Of a DNA stretch of 64,000 nucleotides, positions 16,910 to 26,712 are shown piece after piece. The notes under the pieces were generated by a model, which worked only from the letters and a program-made list of their open reading frames with translations, was not told the DNA's origin and did not search any database. The translations under genes were made by a program, and so were the position numbers. Source of the stretch: Candidatus Melainabacteria bacterium 17Bon1m (GTDB lineage Bacteria > Cyanobacteriota > Vampirovibrionia > Obscuribacterales > Obscuribacteraceae); contig JAVLKG010000004.1 of the NCBI GenBank assembly GCA_032128875.1, positions 672,001-736,000 of the forward strand. The letters are read 5' to 3'. The first letter of the stretch is position 1. Each line of letters begins with the position of its first letter.

Positions 16910-19900
16910 ATGGATGTTTCGACGGTAAACTCTCCAGAGCCTCGCTGCGAGGCACTTGATTGGGCACACCCTCTGGTATCAGAGTGGTTTTGCTCCCGCT
17001 TCGGCACACCGACAGAACCACAGATAGCCGGCTGGCCACATATTCTTGCCGGCGAGACAACCCTGATTGCAGCTCCAACAGGTTCGGGAAAAACACTTGC
17101 AGCATTTCTCGTCTGCATAGACAAACTTGTTCGAAAAGCGCTTTCGGGCAATCTTTCAAATAGCACCGAAGTAGTCTACATCTCTCCACTCAAAGCGTTG
17201 AGCAATGACGTGGAGAAAAACCTCCAGAAGCCGCTAAAAGAAATTTTTGATCTGGCAATGGAGAAAAATCTCCTCATGCCGGAAATCAGAACCATGGTGA
17301 GGACGGGAGACACACTCGCGATTGAACGCCGCACAATGTTGAAGCGTCCACCGCACATTCTGGTTACGACACCAGAATCGCTGTACATCATGGTAACGGC
17401 GGAAAAAAGCAGGGCGATTCTACGCGACGTTGAGACAGTTATCGTCGACGAAATTCACGCGCTCGCTGATGACAAACGTGGCGTGCACATGTCGCTTTCG
17501 CTTGAGCGTCTTGAAGCACTGACCTGGAAAAGCCCGAACCGAATTGGACTTTCTGCAACACAAAAGCCAATAGAAATAACTGCTCAATTTCTCTCCGGCA
17601 ACGGTCGGCCGATGCCGCACATAGTAAATGTCGGTCACAAACGCCAGCTCGACATCGCCGTAGAAACTCCCGATTCGCCATTAGGCGCAGTTTGCTCCAA
17701 CGAACTTTGGGACGAAATCTATCAGAAGCTTTTTGGGCTGATCAAAACGCACACATCAACTCTTATTTTTGCCAACACGAGAAAGTTAGCGGAGCGTATT
17801 GCCCACGACTTAGGTGAGATGCTTGCGGAGGACGTCGGCGAAGAAGAAGCCAACAGTCTCATTGTTGCGCACCACGGCAGCCTATCACGCGAACTTCGAC
17901 TGGAAGCAGAAAGACGGCTCAAAGCCGGCGAGCTTAAAGCCCTGGTTGCGACCGCTTCACTTGAATTAGGGATAGATGTCGGTGCAATTGATCTGGTTTG
18001 CCAAATAGGTTCGCCTCGCAATATTGCTGTGGCACTACAACGCATTGGACGCGCCGGTCACTGGCGGGGTGCAATTCCTAAAGGCAGACTGTTTGCTACA
18101 ACCAGGGACGATTTGCTAGAGTGCGCTTCTCTCATCAAATCAATCAATGAGGGTGATCTCGACCGGCTGATCATTCCGAAAAATTCCATTGATGTTCTGT
18201 GCCAGCAATTAATCGCTGCCTGCTCGACACAAGATTGGAAAGAAGACGAGCTGTTCGAATTGGTAAAGCGTGCTTATCCATTTCGCGATTTAGAAAGAAG
18301 CGAATTTGACGATGTTGTGGAAATGCTTTCCACTGGGCTTTCAGACGTACGAGCTAGGTATGGTGCCTTTTTACAACGCGACCGGGTCAACGGAATAATA
18401 AAAGCGAGACGCGGCAGTCTACTCGCTTCGGTCACAAATGCAGGTGCCATTCCAGAGACGGGCATGTTTACTGTGCTGACTGAACCGGAAGGTTTAATGG
18501 TCGGTACTCTAGATGAAGACTTCGCTGTCGAAAGCTCTGCCGGCGATGTTATGTTGCTTGGCACGACATCTTGGATGATCACCAAGATTGAAGGTAAAGG
18601 CGGCAAGGTCTGGGTGGTAGATGCGAACGGAGCCCCGCCGACTGTACCTTTCTGGCGCGGAGAAGCACCAGGAAGAACCAAAGAACTCTCCGATCAGTTA
18701 TCTGGACTTCGAGAAGAAATTAGCAGGCGTGCCTTATCAACGAGCGAAGATGACGACACACCGCCTAGCTCGAAGAAAGCGGAAAAATGGTTGGTGGACG
18801 CTTGCGGCTTGAGCCGTGATGCTGCCTCGCAAGCGGTTTCCTATGTGCTTGAAGGACAAGCATTATTAGGAGGTGTTCCATCGAAAAAGCTAATTATTGC
18901 CGAGCGCTTCTTTGATGAGGCTGGCGGCATGCAATTGGTAATTCATGCACCTTTTGGCAGTCGCATCAACAAAGCGTGGGGAATGGCTCTCACAAAAAAA
19001 TTCTGTCGCAACTTCGACTTGGAGCTTCAAGCTCAAGCTACCGAAAACGGCATTAACATAGCACTTTCAGAAAGGCACAGTTTCCCGCTTGAAGATGTTT
19101 TCCAATTTCTGAGTCTGGAGACAGTAGTAGGCGTATTAGAACAAGCAATTCTTCAGTCGCCATTATTCGCCACGCGTTTTCGCTGGGCGGCGAACAGATC
19201 GCTCGCACTTCTTCGCTTCCAGGGCGGCAAGAAAGTCCCTCCGCAAATTCAACGAATGCGCGCAGAAGATCTGCTCACAGCAGTCTTTCCGAAAGCTGCT
19301 GCGTGTCAGGACAATATTTCCGGCGAAATTGAAATTCCCAATCACCCTCTAATCAAGGAAACCATGAAAGATGCCTTGACCGAAGCGCTTGATTTAGAAG
19401 GGTTTATCGAGCTCTTAACAAGTTTGAAAAACGGAGAGATCGCCACACATGCAATTGACACGCCGGCGCCATCCGTTTTTTCTCACGAAATTTTGAATGC
19501 CAATCCATATGCATATCTTGACGATGCCCCTCTGGAAGAAAGGCGTGCACGCGCAGTCGAATTGAGGCGGGTTTTGCCCGACTCTATTGCATCCACAACT
19601 GGACGCCTAGATGAATATGCGATTTGCCAGGTAAGGATGGAAGCCTGGCCAGACGTAAGAAATCATGACGACTTGCACGATTTCCTTTACACAGTAATTG
19701 GTGCACCACCTCATCTGGCATTGGTTGTTAGAGAGAGTGGCTTGACAGCATGGAGTATTCACTTCCGGGAGTTGATGAAGCAAAGAAGAGCCGGGGTAGC
19801 TACTTTTGCTGGCAATGACTATTGGGTTGCAACCGAGCGCAAAGCAGCCTTTCTCAAAATATTTCCAACGGCAACTTTCGAGGAAGAGCTTCCTGATATT

Positions 19901-21409
19901 CAAGAGAAAGAACTCACCCAAGAAGATGCTATCGACTTCATGGTGAAAGGCTGGATGAATTATCTCGGTCCGGTAACCGCAGCGGCAATCGCCGATTTGC
20001 TTGCTGTGCCGCAATTCGACATCGACTTATCTCTCCTTCGAATAGAATCCCAAGGTTCAATACTGCGTGGAAAGTTTACCGGTTTAGAAGAAGAGTGGTG
20101 CGATCGTCGCTTACTGGCACGCATTCATCGCCTGACTGTTGACGGACTACGCCGTCAAATAAGACCAGTCACCAAAGAAGAATTCATGCTCTTCCTGGCG
20201 AGATGGCAGCATGTCGCACCCGGAACCCAATTGGTCGGCGTTCGTGGACTGCAGCAAGTACTCAGTCAATTACAAGGCTTTGAACTTCCGGCAAATGCTT
20301 GGGAATCCCAAATTTTGTCTAAGCGCGTCAGGAAATATGCTCCTGAAGATTTAGATCAATTATGTATGACTGGTTTTATCGGTTGGGGAAGAATTTCTCC
20401 GCACCCAGCCACGGTAGCAGCTGTAATTCCGCAGCCCAAGCGCTTCTCTTTCAAGCGATATGGCATGCCGATTGCTCGAAATATCAAGCTCAACAGTGAA
20501 GTTACAGAAAAGCAAGGACAGAATCAGGTTGAGTCAAAACCAGTAGAAGCGACAAAGGTTAAAACCGTCGTCATGCTCTCCAGCACAGATCCAAGCATCC
20601 GAGAAGCCGGCGGCAGGCGTGTTATACCCAGCAGCGTTTCACCTATGACTTTCTTCGTTAGACAAGAGTGCGACTGGATTTCTTACTGTAGACGTTCGGC
20701 AGAAGACATCGATCAATATTGTTTGACCAGCAATGCTCGGTTAGTAGTCAAACATCTTAGTGAGCGCGGCGCCTTATTTTTCAACGATCTCACAAGATTT
20801 ACGGGATTGCTTAAGGCAGAAGTTGAAGCTGCATTGTGGGAACTAGTTGCCGCTGGACTTGCCACCGCGGACGGTTTTGACAATTTGCGTGCACTAATAG
20901 ATCCAAAACGCCGAAGTGGACAAGGCAGCGCCAGAGATTTACGACCGAGAAACGCTACTGGACGCTGGTCTGTGCTTGGCGAACTTACTGGTGACGATGA
21001 AAGAGACGCCATCGAGAGCGCTTGCATGACATTGCTGAATCGCTACGGAGTTCTTTTCAAAGACTTACTTACTCGCGAGACAACAGCACCTACATGGCGC
21101 GAAATGCTCACAGTCCTGCGACGAATGGAAGCTCGCGGAGAATTGCGCGGCGGAAGATTTGTAGCAGGTTTTTCCGGCGAGCAATATGCACTTCCGGCAG
21201 CTCTGGAATCATTAAGAGCCAATCGAGATCAATCAACAGATGTGCTGAAATCTATCGAAGTATCGTCAGTTGATCCACTGAATCTGCGAGGCATCATTCT
21301 GCCCGGTGAAAAGGTGCCGGCTATTTCAGGGCGTTTCGTCAACCTTGGCGATGATACAACGCCTTCTTTTGTGCGCGAAGAAGTCGAAACGGAGTACATC
21401 GTTTCGTAG
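16910..21409 (+). CDS. lhr: Lhr-family ATP-dependent SF2 helicase, long form with C-terminal extension
   Basis: APTGSGKT, YISPLKALSND, TTPESL, DEIH, GLSAT, HHGSLS, ATASLELGIDVG, QRIGRAGH; Lhr-typical PFW.GE, IHAPFG.RINKAWG and RGG.FVAGFSGEQYA. Confidence 0.92.
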   Translation: MDVSTVNSPEPRCEALDWAHPLVSEWFCSRFGTPTEPQIAGWPHILAGETTLIAAPTGSGKTLAAFLVCIDKLVRKALSGNLSNSTEVVYISPLKALSNDVEKNLQKPLKEIFDLAMEKNLLMPEIRTMVRTGDTLAIERRTMLKRPPHILVTTPESLYIMVTAEKSRAILRDVETVIVDEIHALADDKRGVHMSLSLERLEALTWKSPNRIGLSATQKPIEITAQFLSGNGRPMPHIVNVGHKRQLDIAVETPDSPLGAVCSNELWDEIYQKLFGLIKTHTSTLIFANTRKLAERIAHDLGEMLAEDVGEEEANSLIVAHHGSLSRELRLEAERRLKAGELKALVATASLELGIDVGAIDLVCQIGSPRNIAVALQRIGRAGHWRGAIPKGRLFATTRDDLLECASLIKSINEGDLDRLIIPKNSIDVLCQQLIAACSTQDWKEDELFELVKRAYPFRDLERSEFDDVVEMLSTGLSDVRARYGAFLQRDRVNGIIKARRGSLLASVTNAGAIPETGMFTVLTEPEGLMVGTLDEDFAVESSAGDVMLLGTTSWMITKIEGKGGKVWVVDANGAPPTVPFWRGEAPGRTKELSDQLSGLREEISRRALSTSEDDDTPPSSKKAEKWLVDACGLSRDAASQAVSYVLEGQALLGGVPSKKLIIAERFFDEAGGMQLVIHAPFGSRINKAWGMALTKKFCRNFDLELQAQATENGINIALSERHSFPLEDVFQFLSLETVVGVLEQAILQSPLFATRFRWAANRSLALLRFQGGKKVPPQIQRMRAEDLLTAVFPKAAACQDNISGEIEIPNHPLIKETMKDALTEALDLEGFIELLTSLKNGEIATHAIDTPAPSVFSHEILNANPYAYLDDAPLEERRARAVELRRVLPDSIASTTGRLDEYAICQVRMEAWPDVRNHDDLHDFLYTVIGAPPHLALVVRESGLTAWSIHFRELMKQRRAGVATFAGNDYWVATERKAAFLKIFPTATFEEELPDIQEKELTQEDAIDFMVKGWMNYLGPVTAAAIADLLAVPQFDIDLSLLRIESQGSILRGKFTGLEEEWCDRRLLARIHRLTVDGLRRQIRPVTKEEFMLFLARWQHVAPGTQLVGVRGLQQVLSQLQGFELPANAWESQILSKRVRKYAPEDLDQLCMTGFIGWGRISPHPATVAAVIPQPKRFSFKRYGMPIARNIKLNSEVTEKQGQNQVESKPVEATKVKTVVMLSSTDPSIREAGGRRVIPSSVSPMTFFVRQECDWISYCRRSAEDIDQYCLTSNARLVVKHLSERGALFFNDLTRFTGLLKAEVEAALWELVAAGLATADGFDNLRALIDPKRRSGQGSARDLRPRNATGRWSVLGELTGDDERDAIESACMTLLNRYGVLFKDLLTRETTAPTWREMLTVLRRMEARGELRGGRFVAGFSGEQYALPAALESLRANRDQSTDVLKSIEVSSVDPLNLRGIILPGEKVPAISGRFVNLGDDTTPSFVREEVETEYIVS

Positions 21410-21427
21410 CTGCGGTCTTAGTAAAAA

Positions 21428-21961
21428 CTACTTCTTGGCGTGTACGCGTTCGTGTTCGCTGCGAATCTTTCCATACACCATCCAGCTTGGATCGCTGGCA
21501 ACGGTCAGATTTACTTTGTAGTCTTTCGGTACCTTCAGCGCATTTTCCGCGTCATGAGCAACCTTCTCCGATTCGACATAGAAGAGAAACTTGCGAACTC
21601 CATTGTGTGTTTGCACCGCTACAAATTTACCGCTGTCTTTCTGCGCAATCAGCTGATTGAGCTGGTCTTCGACCTCATTGGCTTTTGCGGTTTCGTCCTT
21701 TTCCGGACGGCCGTCTCTAGTTGGATGCAAGAAGTCGATTGCATAAACTGCTCTGAACTGATATTTCGGATCGCCAGGTTTGACTGCCATATTTATACGA
21801 ACAAAAATTGGCTTTCCATTAGCTTCTCCGCGACCAACCGTCCACGACTCGGTTGGATTATTTGCACCAATTGAAGAGAGAGGAAAAGAGATAACTGTCG
21901 CCGCACAGACGGCAGAGAAAATCAGATGTCTAATAAGACCATTTGTTTTTTGCATGTGCAT
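21428..21961 (-). CDS. DUF695-like protein with N-terminal signal peptide
   Basis: W...G...GKPIFVRIN...GRP...E......EDQL...FVAVQTHNGVRKFLFYV...DPSW..Y pattern; hydrophobic N-terminus. Confidence 0.7.
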   Translation of the reverse strand: MHMQKTNGLIRHLIFSAVCAATVISFPLSSIGANNPTESWTVGRGEANGKPIFVRINMAVKPGDPKYQFRAVYAIDFLHPTRDGRPEKDETAKANEVEDQLNQLIAQKDSGKFVAVQTHNGVRKFLFYVESEKVAHDAENALKVPKDYKVNLTVASDPSWMVYGKIRSEHERVHAKK

Positions 21962-21988
21962 TGAATCAATTCCCTGTAAGTTCGATAG

Positions 21989-22501
21989 TTATATCAGTTC
22001 TCTTGGTTTCTGAATAATATATAGCCCTGCACAGAAGATTATGACTGCACCAATGACAACGATATAAAAGTGAGGCCCAAAGCCAGTTTGAATAACACAT
22101 TCCTTAGGATTTGAAGGGTCGTAATAGGCTGTAATAGTTGAGCCCAAAGGATGCTCTCTTTTAATGTCGTCATCTTTTGGCCCTAGGGGATCAATTGTCC
22201 AAGTGTAATTTACGCCGGCATAAGTGACACCATTGACGGTGAATTCAAATGCAATCTTCGGACGTCCGAAATAGTCAGGAAGAAATATTTTTGTAAGCAA
22301 TTCATCGATGGCATCGTATTTTGCACCGGCTTCAATGGCGGATTTGAATGTCACCACCTGCGCATCAACAGGCGTCCAAGTTCTACTGCTGTGAGCCTGT
22401 TGTACATATACAAACTGGCTCACCATGAGATAAACTGCGGTCATCATGATCAGTCCACCTAGCAGTGGTCCCCAATCACGAAACAAGTATCTGAAAAACA
22501 A
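21989..22501 (-). CDS. DUF3592-like membrane protein
   Basis: N-terminal TM, S..WTPVDAQV, FTVNGVTY.G, GSTITAYYDPSNPKECVI, C-terminal TM. Confidence 0.75.
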   Translation of the reverse strand: MFFRYLFRDWGPLLGGLIMMTAVYLMVSQFVYVQQAHSSRTWTPVDAQVVTFKSAIEAGAKYDAIDELLTKIFLPDYFGRPKIAFEFTVNGVTYAGVNYTWTIDPLGPKDDDIKREHPLGSTITAYYDPSNPKECVIQTGFGPHFYIVVIGAVIIFCAGLYIIQKPRELI

Positions 22502-22572
22502 AATTTTGCTCCACGCCCTATGTTAAGCCGCAAGAATCGCAGCTACAGTCAGATTGATCCAGTAAAACAAAT

Positions 22573-23505
22573 TTAGATCGTTCGAGCCGGGAATTCAAGC
22601 CAGATGCTAGATGGCTGTTGCATCATATATCCGCGGTAGTGACGCTCCCAGTTGTGCATGAAATCTTCTTCGGCCATTTCTTTTACGACAGATGAAGGTA
22701 GCTGCATGTCTATCTGCTTTCGCCGACCATCAGTTCGATACATCACTCTGGCGATGCGATTGTTCTGAGAATAATATGCAGCAATTGTGGTCCACGAATT
22801 TCTGATATACGCTTCTAACTTGATGTGAAATTCATCATTGTTGGTTGTCGATTCGTTAATCAAAACCCTGCAACAATCAGCCAGTTGAACCACAGCACCA
22901 ATCGCGTCGCTCAGCTCCTCGGGCTCAAAGATTGCGTTATCTTTGTCTTTGTCTATGTCTTCGATTTCCGGCTCAGCTTGCGCAAGTATTTCTGCGGCTG
23001 CTTTCTTCGTTATTTCCTCTCGGTCGAAAATGATCTTCGGAGCCGGAGCTTCTTCATCAAATGCAGTAGCGGATTCAGCAAAGACGACCTTCGGCATCCT
23101 TACTGCCTCAAGATCGCTTCTTGATTCCCTTCTTGAAAATGAATCCTTCGAATCTTGCGAGTCTCTCGAATGCTTGGCCATAAAGTTGGCGCGATAGACA
23201 TCCTGCTCTTCTTGAGTCGGCAAATAAATTGATGTGCCGGGCTGAATGTATGGTGCGCGAGAACTACCTTCTCCCGTCATTTTGACCATCGTCCTGTTAA
23301 TCGTGACGAGCAGACCGACGAATCTGATATCTCCAAGACTTTTTTCGGCGATCTTTTCCAATGTGTCGCCCGCAAGTACAAAATAACGAGCGCGATTCAG
23401 CCCGTGACTATTTCTCGAAGATGTTTTGCGCTGAGCCCAACCGGTCAGTTTTTGTAGCGCGCCCATATGCAAGCCGAATCGGCCGCTTCCGTTAGTCGAT
23501 GACAT
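22573..23505 (-). CDS. LysM-like domain protein
   Basis: YFVLAGDTLEKIAEKSLGD......L..IN...IQPGTSIYLP; no signal peptide; uncharacterised C-terminal domain. Confidence 0.65.
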   Translation of the reverse strand: MSSTNGSGRFGLHMGALQKLTGWAQRKTSSRNSHGLNRARYFVLAGDTLEKIAEKSLGDIRFVGLLVTINRTMVKMTGEGSSRAPYIQPGTSIYLPTQEEQDVYRANFMAKHSRDSQDSKDSFSRRESRSDLEAVRMPKVVFAESATAFDEEAPAPKIIFDREEITKKAAAEILAQAEPEIEDIDKDKDNAIFEPEELSDAIGAVVQLADCCRVLINESTTNNDEFHIKLEAYIRNSWTTIAAYYSQNNRIARVMYRTDGRRKQIDMQLPSSVVKEMAEEDFMHNWERHYRGYMMQQPSSIWLEFPARTI

Positions 23506-23865
23506 GCTGAGGTCCTTGCCGCAAATATATACGCCCTTGTCAAGAAGATATCAGAGCTAGATTATTTTCCAAGTACCAGTTTTCTAATCAAAGACCAAAC
23601 CAGCGCGTCTTTTCGGCGCCTAACTCAAGGTAGTCAAAGCCCCCAGAACGGCTCAGAATCAAGTTTTCAATGCATAAAAGTCAGGTCACACCCGCTTAAA
23701 GCCGCTCGGGACGACCAGCGCCGGGGTGGGGATCTTCCCATCTCAATTTCGAAGGTCAGCCGAAATCTGTCCGGAATTCAAGACAGCTATAGACGGTTTC
23801 CTGGGTTCACAATTAATACCGCCCAAAGTTCATGAAGGACAATCGTTTTACGAAAGTGCAGTTTT

Positions 23866-24357
23866 TTAAGGCAAGTCGATAACGATGATGGGATGCGCGC
23901 TTAACTGGTCGATAGCGATTTCACCGACGCTGTAATGCACTACCTCACCGCCATGCTTGTAGGAGACATTCTCTCGATCCTGCTTAAACTCCTCCAGTGT
24001 GCTCTTTGCCGTTTGCGGGTCGAGTTTTTTAAGCAGTGAAACAGCGTAAAGCCGCCCAGCTGGAGAGGCATTGTGCGTAAGCCAGATAACATCGGACTTT
24101 ACGCCAACTCCTGCCTTGGCTGCCTCCTCGAAAGCCTTTCTCAAGTCGCTTTTCGGGGCATTCGCCGGCACTCTGGAGTCTTCAACCAGCTTGGCAGACT
24201 TCAAAGTCTCCAGAAAAGCAGGCAGTTTTACGGCCGACTCTTCTGCAGCGGGTGTTTGCGGAGTTTGGCTGGTTTCTTCGGCACAAACGCCATTACTTAA
24301 TCCAGACAATAGTAGAAAGCTAATAATTAGTGCGTTACTTGCGGGTTTCATGGGCAT
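23866..24357 (-). CDS. Secreted hypothetical protein
   Basis: Signal-like N-terminus ending VCA-EE, followed by a helical domain; no family recognised. Confidence 0.65.
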   Translation of the reverse strand: MPMKPASNALIISFLLLSGLSNGVCAEETSQTPQTPAAEESAVKLPAFLETLKSAKLVEDSRVPANAPKSDLRKAFEEAAKAGVGVKSDVIWLTHNASPAGRLYAVSLLKKLDPQTAKSTLEEFKQDRENVSYKHGGEVVHYSVGEIAIDQLSAHPIIVIDLP

Positions 24358-24519
24358 ATCCAGTTTGTGGACCTTTTGCGTGATTCAATTTAGCACGCTG
24401 CCGCTGGGACACGTATCCAATCTAACCTCTAAGATTGGGCGGTTTCTGCTATCTGCATAGCTACTATTGATGAGAGCAGAGGGCACACCCTCGCTATTAA
24501 AAACTCAACCCTAACCTTC

Positions 24520-25992
24520 GTGAACACAACCTGGGACCAATACAAAGATGCTGCCGAAGCGGCAGCGGCACGTGGCGACTTCGCCACTGCCGAGTCTCTC
24601 TGGACTCAACTTTTGGCCGCAGCCGACCAAGCGGGCCACCATGACGCCCGTTTCGCTCTCGGTCTCGACAGTCTAGGCAAAGTGTACGCTGCTCAAAAAC
24701 GTTTTCCCCAGGCAGAAGCGGCATACGCCAAAGGCATTCAAGTCAAAGAAGCTTTATTCGGTCGCACCAGCATTGAAGTAGCGAAAACCTGCAATTTTCT
24801 AGCGGCCCTTTGTTACGAACAAAACAAATTTGAAAAGACTGAAGCGCTTGGTACCCGAGCGCTTTCGATCTATCAGTCACTGCTCGGCAATGAGCACCCG
24901 GCCGTTGCCACTATGGCCAACAACCTGGCTCGATTGCGTCAAAAAATCGCGCGTCCTGCCACTCCAGCTCCAACTCCTGTCGCTGCCGCGGTTGTCCAAC
25001 CACAGCCAGCCTACTCACAACAAGTCACTCAGGCTCCTGCTCCTGTTGCAGTCGCAGCGCCTCCAGCGCCGCCGCCTCAGACGCAACCAATCCAAGCTCA
25101 GCCAGCGGCTTATGCTCAACAAATAGCGTACGGTCAGTCGCAAACGTCCAACAACAGCCCGCCGCAAGTAGCATATGCGCAGTCGCAAACTTCCGCAAAC
25201 AATCCGCAGCAATCAGCGTATCAGCAGGCACAGAGTGGTAATTATGCACAGCCACAGAACAATGGCGCTGCATATCAGACACCACCACAGAGCACAGCCT
25301 ATTCACCCTCGACAGCGGTCAGCCCGCAAACTCAATCTCAACAAATTCCGGTCGCTCAGTCCGGGCAGTTACCGGGAGTGCAGCACCAGTATCATCAACA
25401 GCAGCAACCGCAAAACCAGCAGCAAATGCAGTCGCAACAGCAGCAACCACCACAACATCAGCAACAGCCACAACATCAGCCGCAATCAGTTCCGCAACCG
25501 GTTCATCAATCGGTTCAACAATCGGTTCCACAACCGGCACTTGCTCAAGCAGTTTCAGCTCCGATGCAACAGGCACCACCGGCAGTTCAACAGCAACCGG
25601 CGCCGCCACCACCTCCTGCTCCTGCACAGCCTGTTTATTCAGCACCACCACAACATTATCAACAACCCGCTCAACCGGTCTATCAGGCACCACCGGTCCA
25701 GCAGCCTGTGTACACGGCACCACCGGTTCAGCAGCATGTTCCCCTGCCACCGCAGCAGCCTGCCGTCGCAGCCCCGCCCCCACCTGATGCTGCACCACCA
25801 CCGGCGCCTAAGCCTCCAACGCCGTCTCAAGCACGCGCAATCGAAGAAAGAAAGGCAAAGCAAGCCGAGCAAGTTTGCGAAGTGTGCGGACGCTTCTATA
25901 GCGGTCCTGGCTGCATGCAATGCACACAATCATTGACTCCGATTGACTTCGGATTTGATTCGCTCAATCCCAAACGAAAAGACCAGCGCTAG
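24520..25992 (+). CDS. TPR protein with a long Gln/Pro-rich linker and a C-terminal four-Cys zinc-finger-like motif
   Basis: N-terminal TPRs (LDSLGKVYAAQKRFPQAE; EHPAVATMANNLA); Q/P-rich middle; CEVC...CMQC near the C-terminus. Confidence 0.8.
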   Translation: MNTTWDQYKDAAEAAAARGDFATAESLWTQLLAAADQAGHHDARFALGLDSLGKVYAAQKRFPQAEAAYAKGIQVKEALFGRTSIEVAKTCNFLAALCYEQNKFEKTEALGTRALSIYQSLLGNEHPAVATMANNLARLRQKIARPATPAPTPVAAAVVQPQPAYSQQVTQAPAPVAVAAPPAPPPQTQPIQAQPAAYAQQIAYGQSQTSNNSPPQVAYAQSQTSANNPQQSAYQQAQSGNYAQPQNNGAAYQTPPQSTAYSPSTAVSPQTQSQQIPVAQSGQLPGVQHQYHQQQQPQNQQQMQSQQQQPPQHQQQPQHQPQSVPQPVHQSVQQSVPQPALAQAVSAPMQQAPPAVQQQPAPPPPPAPAQPVYSAPPQHYQQPAQPVYQAPPVQQPVYTAPPVQQHVPLPPQQPAVAAPPPPDAAPPPAPKPPTPSQARAIEERKAKQAEQVCEVCGRFYSGPGCMQCTQSLTPIDFGFDSLNPKRKDQR

Positions 25993-26633
25993 GATCTAAA
26001 AGCGTCTTCTATAGCAGCTCTTGCAGCCAGCTCGCCCTTCAATGTGTCGAGCAATTGCAATTCTCTTTTAAGCCGTGCCGATGTATCGCAAAGCTCCAGC
26101 AGGTCCTGGCGATCATCTGAAGAATTGAAAAACAGCGATGCTACCCAGAACGAAAGCAATACGGGGTCTGTCGGTAGATCATCAGGAATGATATTTTCTT
26201 TGTGGGTAAGCTTGTTAGCAAGTCTTACGACGTCTCTCAAGGTCTTATCGACTCGATCACCTATTGCAAGTGTGTCAGCGTCAGGTCTAGAGTCATCAAG
26301 CCATTCAACTTTACCGACCAGATACGGAAGCTGTCTTACAATCTCTACTATGCGAAACCGCTGTAGCCCAACGGTCATGATGTTCATACGCCCGTCTTTG
26401 AGTTTTACAACTTCACCAATTTCGGCCGCACAGCCTATGTTCACCGATTTAGAGATTGTCGGATTCCAAAGCAAGACCCCAAACTTTCTATCGCCCTCGA
26501 GCACAGTGTTAATCATCAACCTGTAGCGATCTTCAAATATATGGAGAGGCAGAGGTCGTCCCGGGAACAACACAACGTCCGGCAACGGGAAAAGTGGCAA
26601 CTCGCAAACGGAAACTGATGAGGGTGAAGACAT
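25989..26633 (-). CDS. Stand-alone Lon protease N-terminal (substrate-binding) domain protein
   Basis: LPLFPLPDVVLFPGRPLPLHIFEDRYRLMI...DGRMNIMTVGLQRFRI...RQDLLE..DT.ARL; no AAA+ or protease domain. Confidence 0.9.
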   Translation of the reverse strand: MSSPSSVSVCELPLFPLPDVVLFPGRPLPLHIFEDRYRLMINTVLEGDRKFGVLLWNPTISKSVNIGCAAEIGEVVKLKDGRMNIMTVGLQRFRIVEIVRQLPYLVGKVEWLDDSRPDADTLAIGDRVDKTLRDVVRLANKLTHKENIIPDDLPTDPVLLSFWVASLFFNSSDDRQDLLELCDTSARLKRELQLLDTLKGELAARAAIEDAFRS

Positions 26634-26712
26634 TAGGCGCTACTTTACGATAAGACCTTGCGGTCAGGTTATTCCACTTCTTCTATCCTACTCCGCAACG
26701 ACAGATATTGCT

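Noticed and set aside
23506-23865. 6S RNA or c-di-AMP riboswitch
   Set aside because: GGGTTCA is present but its TTGAACC partner and the long closing stem are missing; the ydaO core motifs were not found. Kept only as a low-interest finding.
25989-26633. Lon N-domain without ATPase/protease as another novel dead enzyme
   Set aside because: Stand-alone Lon substrate-binding-domain proteins are a known widespread family.
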